A program made the translations under genes and the position numbers. Under the pieces are notes generated by a model. It had not been told where the DNA came from. It made no database searches and was given only the letters and a program-made list of their open reading frames with translations. A stretch of 64,000 nt of DNA from an uncultured Gammaproteobacteria bacterium (GTDB taxonomy: Bacteria; Pseudomonadota; Gammaproteobacteria; Steroidobacterales; Steroidobacteraceae). The stretch spans positions 276,007-340,006 of the forward strand of contig CAWBUE010000001.1 of the NCBI GenBank assembly GCA_963791825.1. Reading direction: 5' to 3'. Positions 53,501-63,748 of the stretch are shown here, piece after piece (position 1 is the first letter of the stretch; every line of letters begins with the position of its first letter).

Positions 53501-54346
53501 TGTCCGCCCGGCGCCGTCGATCATGCCTTGTTCGGTGATCCGTTGCGAATCCGCCAGATCGTGATCAATCTCATCGGCAACGCGGTGAAATTCACCGATC
53601 ACGGCCATGTCGTTGTCGAAGCGAATATCGGCGATTCGATCAACGGCCATGCAAGCGTGGAAATCATCGTCCGAGACACCGGCATCGGAATGGCGTCCTC
53701 GGCGGTCGAGAAAATTTTTGAGCCGTTTGCGCAAGCGGACGAGTCGACCACCCGCCGCTTCGGCGGCACCGGCCTTGGCCTTGCAATCTGCCGCGAGCTC
53801 GCGACGCTCATGGGAGGCACTATCGGTGTCGAAAGCCGATCGGGGGTCGGATCGGTATTTCGCATCGTGCTTGCCCTCAAGATTGGAACCCGTCAAGCGC
53901 CGGACACAGGGCCTGCGCAACTGAAGGGCAGCGTGAGCATCGTGACCCATCGACCTGCGCTCGCAGAGGCGTTGAGGCGGCACGCGCTGAGCTTCGGCCT
54001 CGATGTCGTCGGCGACGACGACGGTTCCGCTGGGTCTGCAAGGGACGCCCAAACCTTGACGATCGTGGACGCCGCGACGCACCTGAATTACCTTCGCTCG
54101 CTCCTCGTGACCGCCGATGTTCACCGTCCAAGGCTTGTCATCATCGCCACAGCCGAGGAGGCAGAAATGCTCGGGGTCGCACCCCTGATCGGCAACGATG
54201 TGCTGGTTGCTCCGCCGGTGCAACGGGCAGATTTGTACCGCGCCATTGCCTCATCGGTGGGAATGAACGGGGATGTTTCGCCCCTCGATCCGTCCAAGAT
54301 CGCTCCCCGTCGAAAAACTTTCCGGTCACGTGTTGGTGGTCGATGA
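50569..54346 (+). pseudogene. periplasmic beta-propeller (Reg_prop / Y_Y_Y) sensor histidine kinase, frameshifted
   Basis: ORF 50569..52794 gives the signal and repeated propeller motifs (GLPQGTVYATLQDSQGFVWMGTEDGL...) up to YGVLADEGGRL. ORF 52130..54346 continues WMSGNSGLMRYDP..., a Y_Y_Y region, a TM, the H-box THELRTPMN, HATPase [11 protein letters not shown] and a receiver-like domain lacking the acceptor context. The break is at about 52472..52477. Confidence 0.85.
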
Positions 54347-55100
54347 CGAGCCGGTTAACGCCGAAGTAGCACAGGGCTACCTTGCCGCGCTTGGCTGTAC
54401 GTCCGTGTGGGTGCAGGACGGAGCCGCGGCGGTGGCGCGCTGCTCGGCGGAGCGCTTCGATGTCATCTTGATGGACCTCAGTATGCCGGTCATGGATGGA
54501 TTTGCGACTACGGTGCTCATCCGAGAAAGCAAAGGGCCGAGTTGTCGAACACCGATTGTCGCATTAACCGCGCATGATGCGCAGAGCTACTTGGAGCGTT
54601 GCCTTGCGGGTCAAATGAATGACTTGATCGAAAAGCCTTATACTTTCGAAGCCTGTGCGAGGATTCTGCGCCGATGGATAAAGCGCGAACGCGGTCTCGA
54701 GCCCGAGGGGCGGCAACGTCCGCGCACCGCCGGCGCGACGGTTCCGAGCGTCGATCGCGCGGTCGTCTCCGCACTGCGGAGTCTGCCTTCGCGCGGTCAA
54801 GGGGACCTCTATGCCACCCTGGTAAAGCTGTTCGAAGCGTCGGCAGGAGCGGCGTTTATCCAGCTCCGCGCTGCTCTGGCTGCAGGGGATCTGCAAACCG
54901 CAAGCGCGATCTCTCACAAGCTAAGGGCGAGCGCCGCCAATGTCGGCGCGATGTCCTTTGCCGCCGGGCTTCGCGAGCTCGAAAACCTGTGCAGTTCTGG
55001 CAACGCCGTTGCGAGCTCGCAGCAGCTCGGGGCGCTCGAAGCAGGCTATCCCACTCTGCTGGAAGAACTTCATCGCCTTGCGCTCAAGGCGACGGCGTGA
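54273..55100 (+). CDS. REC + HPt module, most likely the C-terminal continuation of the preceding hybrid kinase
   Basis: [10 protein letters not shown]...[12 protein letters not shown] (REC) and [14 protein letters not shown] (HPt His). Removing one C from cccc at 54305..54308 fuses ...DPSKIAP to [14 protein letters not shown]. No Shine-Dalgarno precedes any internal start. Confidence 0.8.
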   Translation: MFRPSIRPRSLPVEKLSGHVLVVDDEPVNAEVAQGYLAALGCTSVWVQDGAAAVARCSAERFDVILMDLSMPVMDGFATTVLIRESKGPSCRTPIVALTAHDAQSYLERCLAGQMNDLIEKPYTFEACARILRRWIKRERGLEPEGRQRPRTAGATVPSVDRAVVSALRSLPSRGQGDLYATLVKLFEASAGAAFIQLRAALAAGDLQTASAISHKLRASAANVGAMSFAAGLRELENLCSSGNAVASSQQLGALEAGYPTLLEELHRLALKATA

Positions 55101-57169
55101 ACCAAGCCATTAAAAACGTCCCCGTCGCGATCATCGCCGACGATGAAGATCTTGGCCGGTTGCTGTTGGCCGAAGCGGCCATTGCGGCCGGGCTCACGCC
55201 CTTGGTCTTTGACAACGGTACTGCCGCTCTGGCTGCCGCGCTCGCGCACCAAGTCGCCATCGTGCTGCTGGACGTCGACATGCCTGGGATGAACGGCTTG
55301 GCGGTCTGTGAACGCCTGCGCAAGGAATCTCGATTCGCCGCGGTTCCGATCGTCATGGTCACGGGTCATGAGGATTCACGCGCGATCAGAGCCGCGTTTG
55401 CGGCGGGCGCCACGGATTTCATGCCAAAGCCCCTCAATTGGGCACTTTTGCCGTATCGGCTCGAATACATTCTTCGCAATGCCAAGCAGGTCCGAGCCCT
55501 CGCGGAAAGCGAGTCGCAGGTCAGAACGCTGGTCGAAGCGCTCCCCGACCGACTTTGGGTCGTGAACGGCAAGGGCGAGGTGCGCTGGAGCCCGCAGCCC
55601 GGCGCGGTGCTTCCGCAGCAATCGACGCAGGCGCTCGAAGCGATTCGGGCCACAGGGAAAGACGGCCGAGTACGAACGCTGGATTTCAGCGAACAGCATG
55701 AGGACCCGGCGCGGACCTACGAATTGCGCTTCAGCCGCCGCGAAGGCGGCGATGTGGTGGTCGTCCGCCGGGACACGACGGAGCGCACCGCAGCCGCCAG
55801 GAGCATCGAGAGGCTCGCGTACTTCGACCAGCTCACCGCGCTCCCGAATCGTCAGCGCTGCCTGGCAACTGCCGAGGAGTTCTTGACCGCCGCCGCCGCG
55901 TCGAAGGAGTCCGTTGCGTTCATCTATATGGATCTCAACGGCTTCAAGAGAATCAATGACGCGTTCGGCCATCCGGTGGGAGATGCCGTATTGCGCACCG
56001 TCGCCGATAAACTATCCGGCGTCATCGGCCGCTTCCAACCCAAACACGAACACGTTTCGATTGCCCGGTTCGGCGGTGACGAATTCGTCATTTTGTTGCG
56101 TCATGCGGATGCGCGCACAGTTGCCGTCGAGATAGCCGACGCATGCTGCGCGATTCTGCAGGACCCGATCAACTATCAGGGACTGGAGTTCCATGCGACT
56201 CCCAGCGTCGGTGTTGCCCTTTATCCAGCCGACGGCGGCGATGTATCAACGGTGCTCAAGCACGCCGATTCGGCGATGTACCACGCGAAGAGTGCGTCGG
56301 CAAACGCCGTGGTCCTTTATCGGCCCTCGATGAGCAGCCGCCTGCGCGACTGGCTTGACCTCGAGGCCCGGCTCCGCCGCGCCGTGCGGGAGGATGCTCT
56401 CGTGCTGCATTTTCAGCCGAAATTCCGGCTGGCGGATGCCCACATCGTCGGCGTAGAGGCGCTGCTGCGGTGGTGCGATGCCGAGTACGGCGACATACCG
56501 CCGAGCCGCTTCGTGCCGATGGCTGAAGAGACCGGCTTGATCATGGATATCGGCAGCTGGGTGGTGCGCACCGCGTGCCGGCAGGTGCGAGCGTGGCTGG
56601 ATCGAGGGCTCAACATGCCCGTTGCGATCAATTTGTCCGGCAAGGAGCTGCTCTATGGAGACCCGGCCCGTATTTTGGAATTCGAGGCCAAGGCGGCTGG
56701 TATCGACCCGTCGATGATTGAAATCGAGATAACCGAGTCGCTGCTCGTGAATAATACCGCCGCGGTGCGCAACGCCCTCGACCGGTTTCGCAACCTCGGG
56801 TGCCGAATCGCGCTCGATGACTTCGGAACCGGCTATTCTTGCCTCGCCTACATAACCCGATTTCCGCCGGACCGAATCAAGATCGACAAAGCATTTGTGC
56901 GGAACGTTGATCAATCCGCGGGCGATGCGGCAATCGCAAATGCGATCTTGTCGCTGGGCGAGAGTCTGAGCTTGTTGGTCACGGCCGAGGGCGTCGAACG
57001 TCCGGGTCAATTGGAATGGCTGCGGCGGCGTGGTTGCCATGAAGCGCAAGGATTTCTATTTTCGCGGCCTTTGGCGGCGACCGAGTTGGAGAGGCGGCTT
57101 TCGGACCTGAATTCCGGGGAGCTTTCCGGCACCGCCTGCGTGCCGTCATCGGCAAACCAGCGCAACTAG
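55097..57169 (+). CDS. response regulator REC-PAS-GGDEF-EAL (c-di-GMP turnover)
   Basis: REC ([11 protein letters not shown]), intact GGDEF ([12 protein letters not shown]), and intact EAL landmarks ([35 protein letters not shown]). The GTG at 55097 overlaps the HPt stop (GTGA). Confidence 0.9.
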   Translation: MNQAIKNVPVAIIADDEDLGRLLLAEAAIAAGLTPLVFDNGTAALAAALAHQVAIVLLDVDMPGMNGLAVCERLRKESRFAAVPIVMVTGHEDSRAIRAAFAAGATDFMPKPLNWALLPYRLEYILRNAKQVRALAESESQVRTLVEALPDRLWVVNGKGEVRWSPQPGAVLPQQSTQALEAIRATGKDGRVRTLDFSEQHEDPARTYELRFSRREGGDVVVVRRDTTERTAAARSIERLAYFDQLTALPNRQRCLATAEEFLTAAAASKESVAFIYMDLNGFKRINDAFGHPVGDAVLRTVADKLSGVIGRFQPKHEHVSIARFGGDEFVILLRHADARTVAVEIADACCAILQDPINYQGLEFHATPSVGVALYPADGGDVSTVLKHADSAMYHAKSASANAVVLYRPSMSSRLRDWLDLEARLRRAVREDALVLHFQPKFRLADAHIVGVEALLRWCDAEYGDIPPSRFVPMAEETGLIMDIGSWVVRTACRQVRAWLDRGLNMPVAINLSGKELLYGDPARILEFEAKAAGIDPSMIEIEITESLLVNNTAAVRNALDRFRNLGCRIALDDFGTGYSCLAYITRFPPDRIKIDKAFVRNVDQSAGDAAIANAILSLGESLSLLVTAEGVERPGQLEWLRRRGCHEAQGFLFSRPLAATELERRLSDLNSGELSGTACVPSSANQRN

Positions 57170-57179
57170 AGTCGGCCGA

Positions 57180-57781
57180 CTACGCCGTCGTGCTCAGGGC
57201 GGGACGTTTAATCGGACTCAAAACGCGCACCTTCTCCTGAAGGATGCCGGGCCCGAAGTTTCGCATGCGCTCCAAGAAGGCCCGGTCACCTCGAAAGACT
57301 TCGGAACCAGTAGCGTGCCGACCGATGTGCGAAGTTCATCGAGGAATATCATGCCGGGCCTGACACGGCCCACCGGCATTTCGCTCACTTCTTGAGCATC
57401 TACCACCGCGCCGACCAGGGATTCGAGGCATTTGAGCAGTTCTGCATCGTGCCGCTGGGGCTCGACGCGAAGCGATTGGAGGGCGATCTTGACGGTCTGT
57501 CCCTGCGCGATCTGAGTGTCGTACTCGAGCACCATGCGCAGCATCGCCGCCCCGAGCGTCACGAGCCGATCGCCCGAGATTTCGGCGGGCCCGGTAACGC
57601 CTGAAGACGCGCAGCGCGCAAATATTTCGCTGCCTGCCTCAAAAACCAAATCGTACACTCGCAGCCCTGCCGTGAACCGCCGATCTGCACTCCGGCGGCA
57701 GGCGACAGTCGAAAACTCAATACCTTGGGAGCTTATGTGAATAAAAGTTTCAAGGCTGACCCTGGCCACCTCCGGCGCCAT
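57180..57781 (-). CDS. hypothetical protein, C-terminus apparently frameshifted
   Basis: The track ORF 57218..57868 ends ...FEVTGPSWSACETSG... Another frame from 57281 reads AFLERMRNFGPGILQEKVRVLSPIK... and stops at 57180. The start is uncertain and I recognise no family. Confidence 0.3.
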
Positions 57782-58764
57782 AAATGTTCCCGGTGGTGAA
57801 GCTCGCGTCACTCGCTGCAAGTTGGACGTAGATCGATGCGAGCTCTGCGGGCTGCCCTGGCCTGCCAAGAACCGTGGTGCTGCCGAAGTGCTCGTACTTC
57901 TGCGCGGATGCGCCGCCGCTGATCTGCAGCGGCGTCCAGATCGGTCCGGGGGCCACGCCGTTCACGCGAATTCCTCTCGGTCCGAGTTGCTTGGCCAGAG
58001 ATTTGACGTAGTTCATCGTGGCTGCCTTTGGTTTGGGCATAGTCGTACAACTCCGGCGATGGGTCGTACGCTTGTTCCGACGCAGTGCCGATAATGCAGG
58101 ATCCCGGTTGCAGATGCGGTAGAGCGGCTTTGATGATCCAGAAGGGCGCATAGATGTTCGTCTTCATGGTGGCATCGAAATCCTCCGCGGTGATATCGAG
58201 AATGGAAGGCTTCGATTGCTGCCGCCCGGCATTGCAAACCACGATATCCAGTCCCCCCAGCTTTTGGATTGCTTCCGCCACCAGGCGTTGACAGAAAGCT
58301 TGGTCACGTAGGTCCCCCGGGATGGGTACGCCCTTCCTGCCCGCTTCCTTGATGAGTTGAATGACTTCCCTGGCGTCGGGCTCTTCGGCTGGAAGATAAT
58401 TGATCGCGACATCCGCGCCTTCGCGGGCATAGGCGATGGCAGCGGCTCTGCCCATCCCGGAATCTCCGCCGGTAATCAACGCTTTGCGGCCGGCGAGCCG
58501 TCCCGAGCCGTGATAGCTGGTCTCGCCATGATCGGGCTTCGGATTCATCTTGCCGGCGAGGCCCGGCCACGGCTGGGTTTGCTCTTCGAAGGGAGGCTTC
58601 GGGTATTTTTCGCGCGGATCCTCCTTACTCGATCCATTCGCTCGGGTGCTCACATGTTGCTCTGCCTGCTGTGCCATGGCCGAACTTGCGGCGGCCGAGG
58701 CTAAGCCGAGTCCAACGTATCCGACTGCTTGCCGGCGGGACACGGATTTCGGGGGCTTGTCCAT
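57750..58764 (-). pseudogene. SDR-family oxidoreductase (YghA/YdaD-like) with a Tat-type signal, frameshifted
   Basis: SRRQAVGYVGLGLASAAASSAMA signal, then ALITGGDSGMGRA and NAG. The Y-x3-K motif is split: ...YDYAQTK in ORF 57808..58818, AATMNYVKSLAKQL...PGPIWTPL in ORF 57750..58151. The break is at 58025..58029 (cc/ttt run). Confidence 0.8.
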
Positions 58765-58886
58765 GGAGTGCTCCGTAGTAGCGTGAAAGAAAATGGACAA
58801 TAACAATTGCTCGCGCATTCGCCATTAGGAATATGGATCATTCTTCCGTGGTCCAAGCGCTGACGTGCTACTTACTTAAACGCGCT

Positions 58887-58929
58887 GTCGAGCGATGCTT
58901 GGCGTGCGATGTCGAGCGGTGTTTGCCGC
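58887..58929. repeat. imperfect 19-nt direct repeat, period 24 nt, in an intergenic region
   Basis: tgtcgagcgatgcttggcg (58887..58905) and tgtcgagcggtgtttgccg (58911..58929). Confidence 0.6.
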
Positions 58930-59004
58930 GCGCGTCGGCGATGCGGAGCGAATGATTGCAGCGTGAAATCCGAACGCAGACTTGGAGCCTGTTAGGGGGA
59001 TGTC

Positions 59005-59020
59005 CTTAACGTATGTTAAG
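59005..59020. promoter_or_regulatory. 16-bp palindrome CTTAAC-GTAT-GTTAAG, candidate operator
   Basis: Perfect 6-bp inverted repeat about 100 nt upstream of ORF 59117 and about 240 nt upstream of the divergent SDR gene. Confidence 0.3.
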
Positions 59021-59116
59021 TCTCACGACATCAGCCGCATTTAGAATCATCCCATTCCTGTCGCGACCACTGGGGACGCGCGCGCAAATCAAAAGAAATT
59101 GCGGAACCGGGAGACC

Positions 59117-59824
59117 ATGATGATCAATCGCAGCGCTGTCACTCATGCGCGGCTGATGCGCGAGTCAACCGACCGCGTCGAGGGAGCCTTGCGCAGCAAG
59201 GATCCGAAAGAATACCTCGTCGCGCATCGGGTGCTCGAAACGCAGAAGGCGTGGGAGCTCTGGGAACACGAACATTCCGGGCTGATGCGCCAGGTTGCCG
59301 ACTATAGGATATTGCGCACGCAAGCTGCGGCCCTCAGGCATGCAGCACTGCGGCTTATTCACGGCAAGGCTTTATTCGACTACTTGCGCACGAATCAAGT
59401 GCGCGGGGCGGCGCGGATGCAAATAATTCATCACTTCTATCCGACCCGGGGATATCAGTCCGCGATAGTCGCGGAACATGGGAGCTACCTGCGAAAAGCC
59501 TGCAGCTATTTGTGCGCAAGCCACGTCGGAACTGAACTTGTGGAAGATCCCACTTTTCGAGATCCCATGCAGCACTACGAAAATCTATATGCTGAGTACT
59601 TCGATCTGTACTGCGGAACCTTGCATCCTAAGGGTGGCGTCGAATCCGCCTCGGAGCGCTCGTTGCTGCCTCTCCTTAAGCATCAGCTCAATGAGTGGCG
59701 CTGGATCGTCCTCAATCCTCAAGCAGGCTCGCCGCGTGCAGGTCACGGATTCGACTTTCGCCGATCGAGTGCCGAGTTGCGGCGCGGGCCCACGACGAGT
59801 ACGAGGTCGAGGGATGCCGCCTGA
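59117..59824 (+). CDS. hypothetical protein
   Basis: GGGAGA Shine-Dalgarno before the ATG at 59117. Helical, His/Arg-rich, and no family recognised. The C-terminal about 40 aa look low-complexity, so the true end is uncertain. Confidence 0.4.
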   Translation: MMINRSAVTHARLMRESTDRVEGALRSKDPKEYLVAHRVLETQKAWELWEHEHSGLMRQVADYRILRTQAAALRHAALRLIHGKALFDYLRTNQVRGAARMQIIHHFYPTRGYQSAIVAEHGSYLRKACSYLCASHVGTELVEDPTFRDPMQHYENLYAEYFDLYCGTLHPKGGVESASERSLLPLLKHQLNEWRWIVLNPQAGSPRAGHGFDFRRSSAELRRGPTTSTRSRDAA

Positions 59825-59833
59825 GCGACATTC

Positions 59834-61048
59834 TCAGATCAGTGCCATCGTTCGGAAATGCTCAAGGTATGCGGCTTCGTGAATTGCCGCGAGATCGACG
59901 ACACTGGACCATAGCCATGAGGGGGCGTCCAGGCGCTTTGATCGGTGTCGGTGCAAACTTGCCAGAAATTCCTTCCGGGTCGCTGTGTCCATCTGCCGAG
60001 AGTGCGCCCGACCGACCACGTTGGCCAAAAAGCGGGCGGCGCTGACGGCTTCTTCGCGACTCAATTTATCCACTTGCAACTTGAGATCTTGGGGCATCAG
60101 TTCCCGAATAAATACGGAGCGACGCAATAAGCGGCCGGCCATCATGCGTCCGCCGAGCGCCGGCGAGAGGTGCTTCGCTCCTTCAACCACCCGCTTACCA
60201 TTATCCTTGGGCATCGCGGCGCGCGCAGCGCGAGGTGCTGCCGCTGCACCCGCTTCCTTGATGTCCATGAGGCAATAGTCATCATCTTCGGCGCGATGAC
60301 CGTTAGTCACGTTCAAAAGGACGGCCACGCGCAATTTGCCCAAGGAGCTGCAGCCTTTCATCCAGTATGCCGCATCCAACACTTCGATCTTTGCCTCGTC
60401 GTCCCGAGATTTTAGAGACACAACCAGTTTTCTAACCGCTTCATCGTCGAACAATCCATTGACTGCGCGGGATTCTGCCTGCGTCAAGGGCCAAAACCGG
60501 TCACCCAAGGGGATGTTGGGTTTCACATCTCGCAATCTCTCGCGAGCCAAATGCTTCCACGTACGGCGCGTTGCGCGGCGCATGACCACGCGTACACACT
60601 TCGGTTTCTCGATTTCTTTGGGGGTGTGGCTGGGAGTTCGCAGCGCGGTCTCATAGCCCTCGATCATCTGTTCGAGCATATGGGCCGTCGTAACCCCGGG
60701 CAGGTCCGAACCTCGGGCGGCCGACGATAGAGACAGGGCAAGTCGGATCAGATCGTGGTTGGGATTGCCGATCACGGTCTGGTCCAAATCCCTAATCTGT
60801 ATTTCAATCTTTCCGGATGCATCGGCAAGAGGCCCGAGATTTCCCAAATGGCAGTCGCCGCAGATCCAAACCGGCGGTCCCTGGGGCACGGCACGCTTGT
60901 CGTGCCTCTCGAGCCATTCATAGAATTTTACGGTGCTCCCTCGCACGTAGGCGTGCGCCGAGCTTGCCATTTTTGCGTTGCGGCGCTCTTCCAAAGTGCG
61001 CCGGCGCTTGTCGTTCCTGCCTGCCGGGGGATTTCTGCTGGGTTTCAT
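59834..61048 (-). CDS. DUF2252-family protein
   Basis: AHAYVRGSTVKFYEWL...VWICGDCHLGNLG...IQIRDLDQTVIGNPNHDLIRLALS is the characteristic DUF2252 N-terminal block. Confidence 0.8.
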   Translation of the reverse strand: MKPSRNPPAGRNDKRRRTLEERRNAKMASSAHAYVRGSTVKFYEWLERHDKRAVPQGPPVWICGDCHLGNLGPLADASGKIEIQIRDLDQTVIGNPNHDLIRLALSLSSAARGSDLPGVTTAHMLEQMIEGYETALRTPSHTPKEIEKPKCVRVVMRRATRRTWKHLARERLRDVKPNIPLGDRFWPLTQAESRAVNGLFDDEAVRKLVVSLKSRDDEAKIEVLDAAYWMKGCSSLGKLRVAVLLNVTNGHRAEDDDYCLMDIKEAGAAAAPRAARAAMPKDNGKRVVEGAKHLSPALGGRMMAGRLLRRSVFIRELMPQDLKLQVDKLSREEAVSAARFLANVVGRAHSRQMDTATRKEFLASLHRHRSKRLDAPSWLWSSVVDLAAIHEAAYLEHFRTMALI

Positions 61049-61260
61049 TATCCTCGCTATCCGGTTTACTTTCGTAAAACCAGGTTGCGGCAGATTTTCC
61101 GAAAGCGAGTAGGTGAAAGGTGGTATTGGCTGTCAGACTCTTCGCCGACTCGCGGGAAATATTTGTTGAGCCGACCACAGTCCAGGCGTAATGTGTGGCC
61201 CTTCTTACCCGAAAAACCACGAATCAATGCAGGCAATGTATCTGCACAGGGGGAGGCCAT

Positions 61261-62898
61261 ATGAAAGGGAGAGGGGTCACACAACTCTTCGCGATCGGGA
61301 TGATCGCATCGCTGACTTGGACCGCAATTGCAAGTGCACAGGCATTGCGGCTGAAGCAATTACCCCCGAAGAAGGAAGCAGGCGCCTCTGCCGCGGTTTC
61401 CGCCGCGGCAACCCATGCCAGTGCTCATGTTTCGCGGTGGCAGGTGCTGCCCAATCAACCGCCGGTACTCGATCCGGTAGACTGCGGCCCGGGAAGCCCC
61501 GTGCTGCTCACCGATGGCACTGTCATGGTGGCCGATAACGGCTGCCAGGATTGGTGGAAGCTTACCCCCGATGCCTTCGGAAGCTATCTGAAGGGCACTT
61601 GGACGCAATTGGCGTCGACCCCCTCAGGATACAGTCCGCTATATCACGCAACGGCCGTGCTCCCGGACGGGCGGGTCATCATCGAGGGCGGGGAATACAA
61701 CGAGCTCACGCCGGTCTGGACGACTCAGGGCGCGATCTACGATCCCGTTGCCAACACTTGGATGAGCGTGAATCCACCGGCCGGTTGGACCACCATCGGC
61801 GATGCCCCCGGGGTGGTATTGTCGCACGGCACATTCATGCTGGGGAATTGCTGCACGACCGAAGCGGCTCTCCTGGACCCTAAGACGTTGACGTGGACGC
61901 CCATCGGCTCCGGCAAGTTCGACACCAACAACGAAGAGGGCTGGACGCTGCTCCCCGGCGGGAATGTTCTGACGGTGGACGCCTATGTTCCCATCAACAT
62001 CCCATATATCCCGACTGGCACCAATTCGGAGATATTCGTTCCCAAGACGGGCAAGTGGCACAGCGCCGGCAGCACCATCGTGCAACTCTGGGACTCTTGG
62101 AACACCTGCGGTCAACTCACGCAGGAGCCTAATTTCGGCCCCACCTTCGAGGTCGGACCTGGGGTGTTGCGGCCTGACGGCACCGTCTTTTACATGGGAT
62201 CCAATACCTGCGGCCCAGGCTACCCCGGTAGTACCGCCATCTATGACACTGAGAGAAAGGAGTGGCGAGCAGGCCCGAATTTCCCGGGTTCGCTCAATAT
62301 TGCCGACGGTCCGGCGGCGCTCGAGCCCAACGGCAAAGTTCTGATGATGGCGAGCCCGGGATACGGCAATCCGCCCTCTACTTTCCTCGAGTGGGACGGC
62401 GAGAACCTCGCCACCATCGAACCGGCGCCTAACGCAGCTACTGACGGGTCGTTTTACGGCAACTTCCTCGTGCTTCCGACCGGGCAGATCCTCTTGACCG
62501 ACTTCTACACCGTTTCACTTTACACGCCCAAGAAGGGCTATGACGAGGAGTGGGCACCCCGGATCGAATCCGCGCCTGAGACGGTAAAACCGGGCGGCTC
62601 GTACGTAATTTCCGGTCATCTGTTCAACGGCATGTCGCAAGGAGCCGCCTACGGCGACGACGCTCAATCCGCAACCAACTATCCTTTGGTACGCATCACA
62701 AACAAAAAGACCGGCCACGTCTTTTACAGTCGCACGCACGACCATAGCAGCATGGCCGTCGCGTCCCATGGACGCGTATCGACACACTTCGATGTGCCGG
62801 CCGGCCAAGAGCTCGGAGCGAGCAAACTTGTCGTCGTCGCGAACGGTATTCCTTCCGAGCCGATTGACGTGCGTGTGGGGTCGTCGGACGAAGAATAA
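61261..62898 (+). CDS. exported kelch/galactose-oxidase-like beta-propeller protein with a C-terminal Ig-like domain
   Basis: Signal peptide (LFAIGMIASLTWTAIASAQA), repeated propeller blades (LPDGRVIIEGG, YDPVANTW, LLPGGNVL, LRPDGTVFYMG, LEPNGKVLMM), and a C-terminal beta domain. GGGGAGG Shine-Dalgarno before the ATG at 61261. Confidence 0.65.
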   Translation: MKGRGVTQLFAIGMIASLTWTAIASAQALRLKQLPPKKEAGASAAVSAAATHASAHVSRWQVLPNQPPVLDPVDCGPGSPVLLTDGTVMVADNGCQDWWKLTPDAFGSYLKGTWTQLASTPSGYSPLYHATAVLPDGRVIIEGGEYNELTPVWTTQGAIYDPVANTWMSVNPPAGWTTIGDAPGVVLSHGTFMLGNCCTTEAALLDPKTLTWTPIGSGKFDTNNEEGWTLLPGGNVLTVDAYVPINIPYIPTGTNSEIFVPKTGKWHSAGSTIVQLWDSWNTCGQLTQEPNFGPTFEVGPGVLRPDGTVFYMGSNTCGPGYPGSTAIYDTERKEWRAGPNFPGSLNIADGPAALEPNGKVLMMASPGYGNPPSTFLEWDGENLATIEPAPNAATDGSFYGNFLVLPTGQILLTDFYTVSLYTPKKGYDEEWAPRIESAPETVKPGGSYVISGHLFNGMSQGAAYGDDAQSATNYPLVRITNKKTGHVFYSRTHDHSSMAVASHGRVSTHFDVPAGQELGASKLVVVANGIPSEPIDVRVGSSDEE

Positions 62899-63021
62899 AT
62901 CCCGGCAAGGAGCTACGGCTGCAATCCGTGTAGGCCGGCGATGAGACTCGCGCTTGAAATCGCCGCGTGGTCGCGCGCGAGGGGTCCCATTCGAGGCAAT
63001 GGTTTACGCCGCGTCGGGCAA

Positions 63022-63711
63022 TTACGTTCCGTCGATTATCGAGCGTGTCCACGTCGCCAGCGCCTCCAGCATCTCCCTTCGCACCTGGGCGTCGCTGCGG
63101 AGAGCTTTAGCGGGAACGTGGAATGAGTGGTCCGCATCCTGTAATCGAACCAGTGTAGCGATCCGGCCGAGGCTGGCGATCAGAGGCTGCAGCAGGTCCA
63201 TTTCCGCGAACGCGTCACGCGTGCCTTGAAGAAAAAGCAACGGAATCTTTATCCTCGAGAGGTGCTGAGCCCTGGATTCCGAGGGTTGTTTTGGTGGGTG
63301 CAGCGGAAAGCCAAGAAAGACGATGCCGCGGACATGGGGAAGCGCCGTCGCCGCTTGAGCTTGCGAAGTCATGCGCCCACCGAATGACTTGCCGCCCGCG
63401 AACAAAGGCACCGATGCCCATCGATCGCGAGCTGCGGCGACTGCGGCGCGTACCGTGGCATGACAAAGCGCGGGCGGATCCGGTCTCTTGCGCTGATTCT
63501 CCATGTATGGAAACTGAAAGCGCAGCGTCGCAATACCAAGGACGGCCAGCTCCTCGGCCGCGGCCGCCATGAAGGGATGTTCCATGCCGGCCCCCGCGCC
63601 GTGTGCGAACACGAGACCTGCCTCGAATTGCCGCGGACACTGAAATAAACCGGACACGCGGGTCGTTTCGCTTACAGCGATCGTCACGCGTTCAAGTACC
63701 GAGGATGTCAC
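63022..63711 (-). CDS. alpha/beta hydrolase (dienelactone-hydrolase-like, KANL3/Tex30 type)
   Basis: LVFAHGAGAGMEHPFM, nucleophile elbow GGKSFGGRM, and C-terminal DADHSF. Confidence 0.8.
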   Translation of the reverse strand: MTSSVLERVTIAVSETTRVSGLFQCPRQFEAGLVFAHGAGAGMEHPFMAAAAEELAVLGIATLRFQFPYMENQRKRPDPPALCHATVRAAVAAARDRWASVPLFAGGKSFGGRMTSQAQAATALPHVRGIVFLGFPLHPPKQPSESRAQHLSRIKIPLLFLQGTRDAFAEMDLLQPLIASLGRIATLVRLQDADHSFHVPAKALRSDAQVRREMLEALATWTRSIIDGT

Positions 63712-63748
63712 TCGGGAATGTTAGCCGCGGGCGGATGCGATTGCCAAG

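Noticed and set aside
54330-54332. Independent GTG start for a stand-alone REC-HPt protein.
   Set aside because: There is no Shine-Dalgarno upstream. The upstream ORF runs seamlessly into the REC domain once a single C is removed from a cccc run, so a fused hybrid kinase is more likely. It is kept as a separate feature only because the sequence as given is split.
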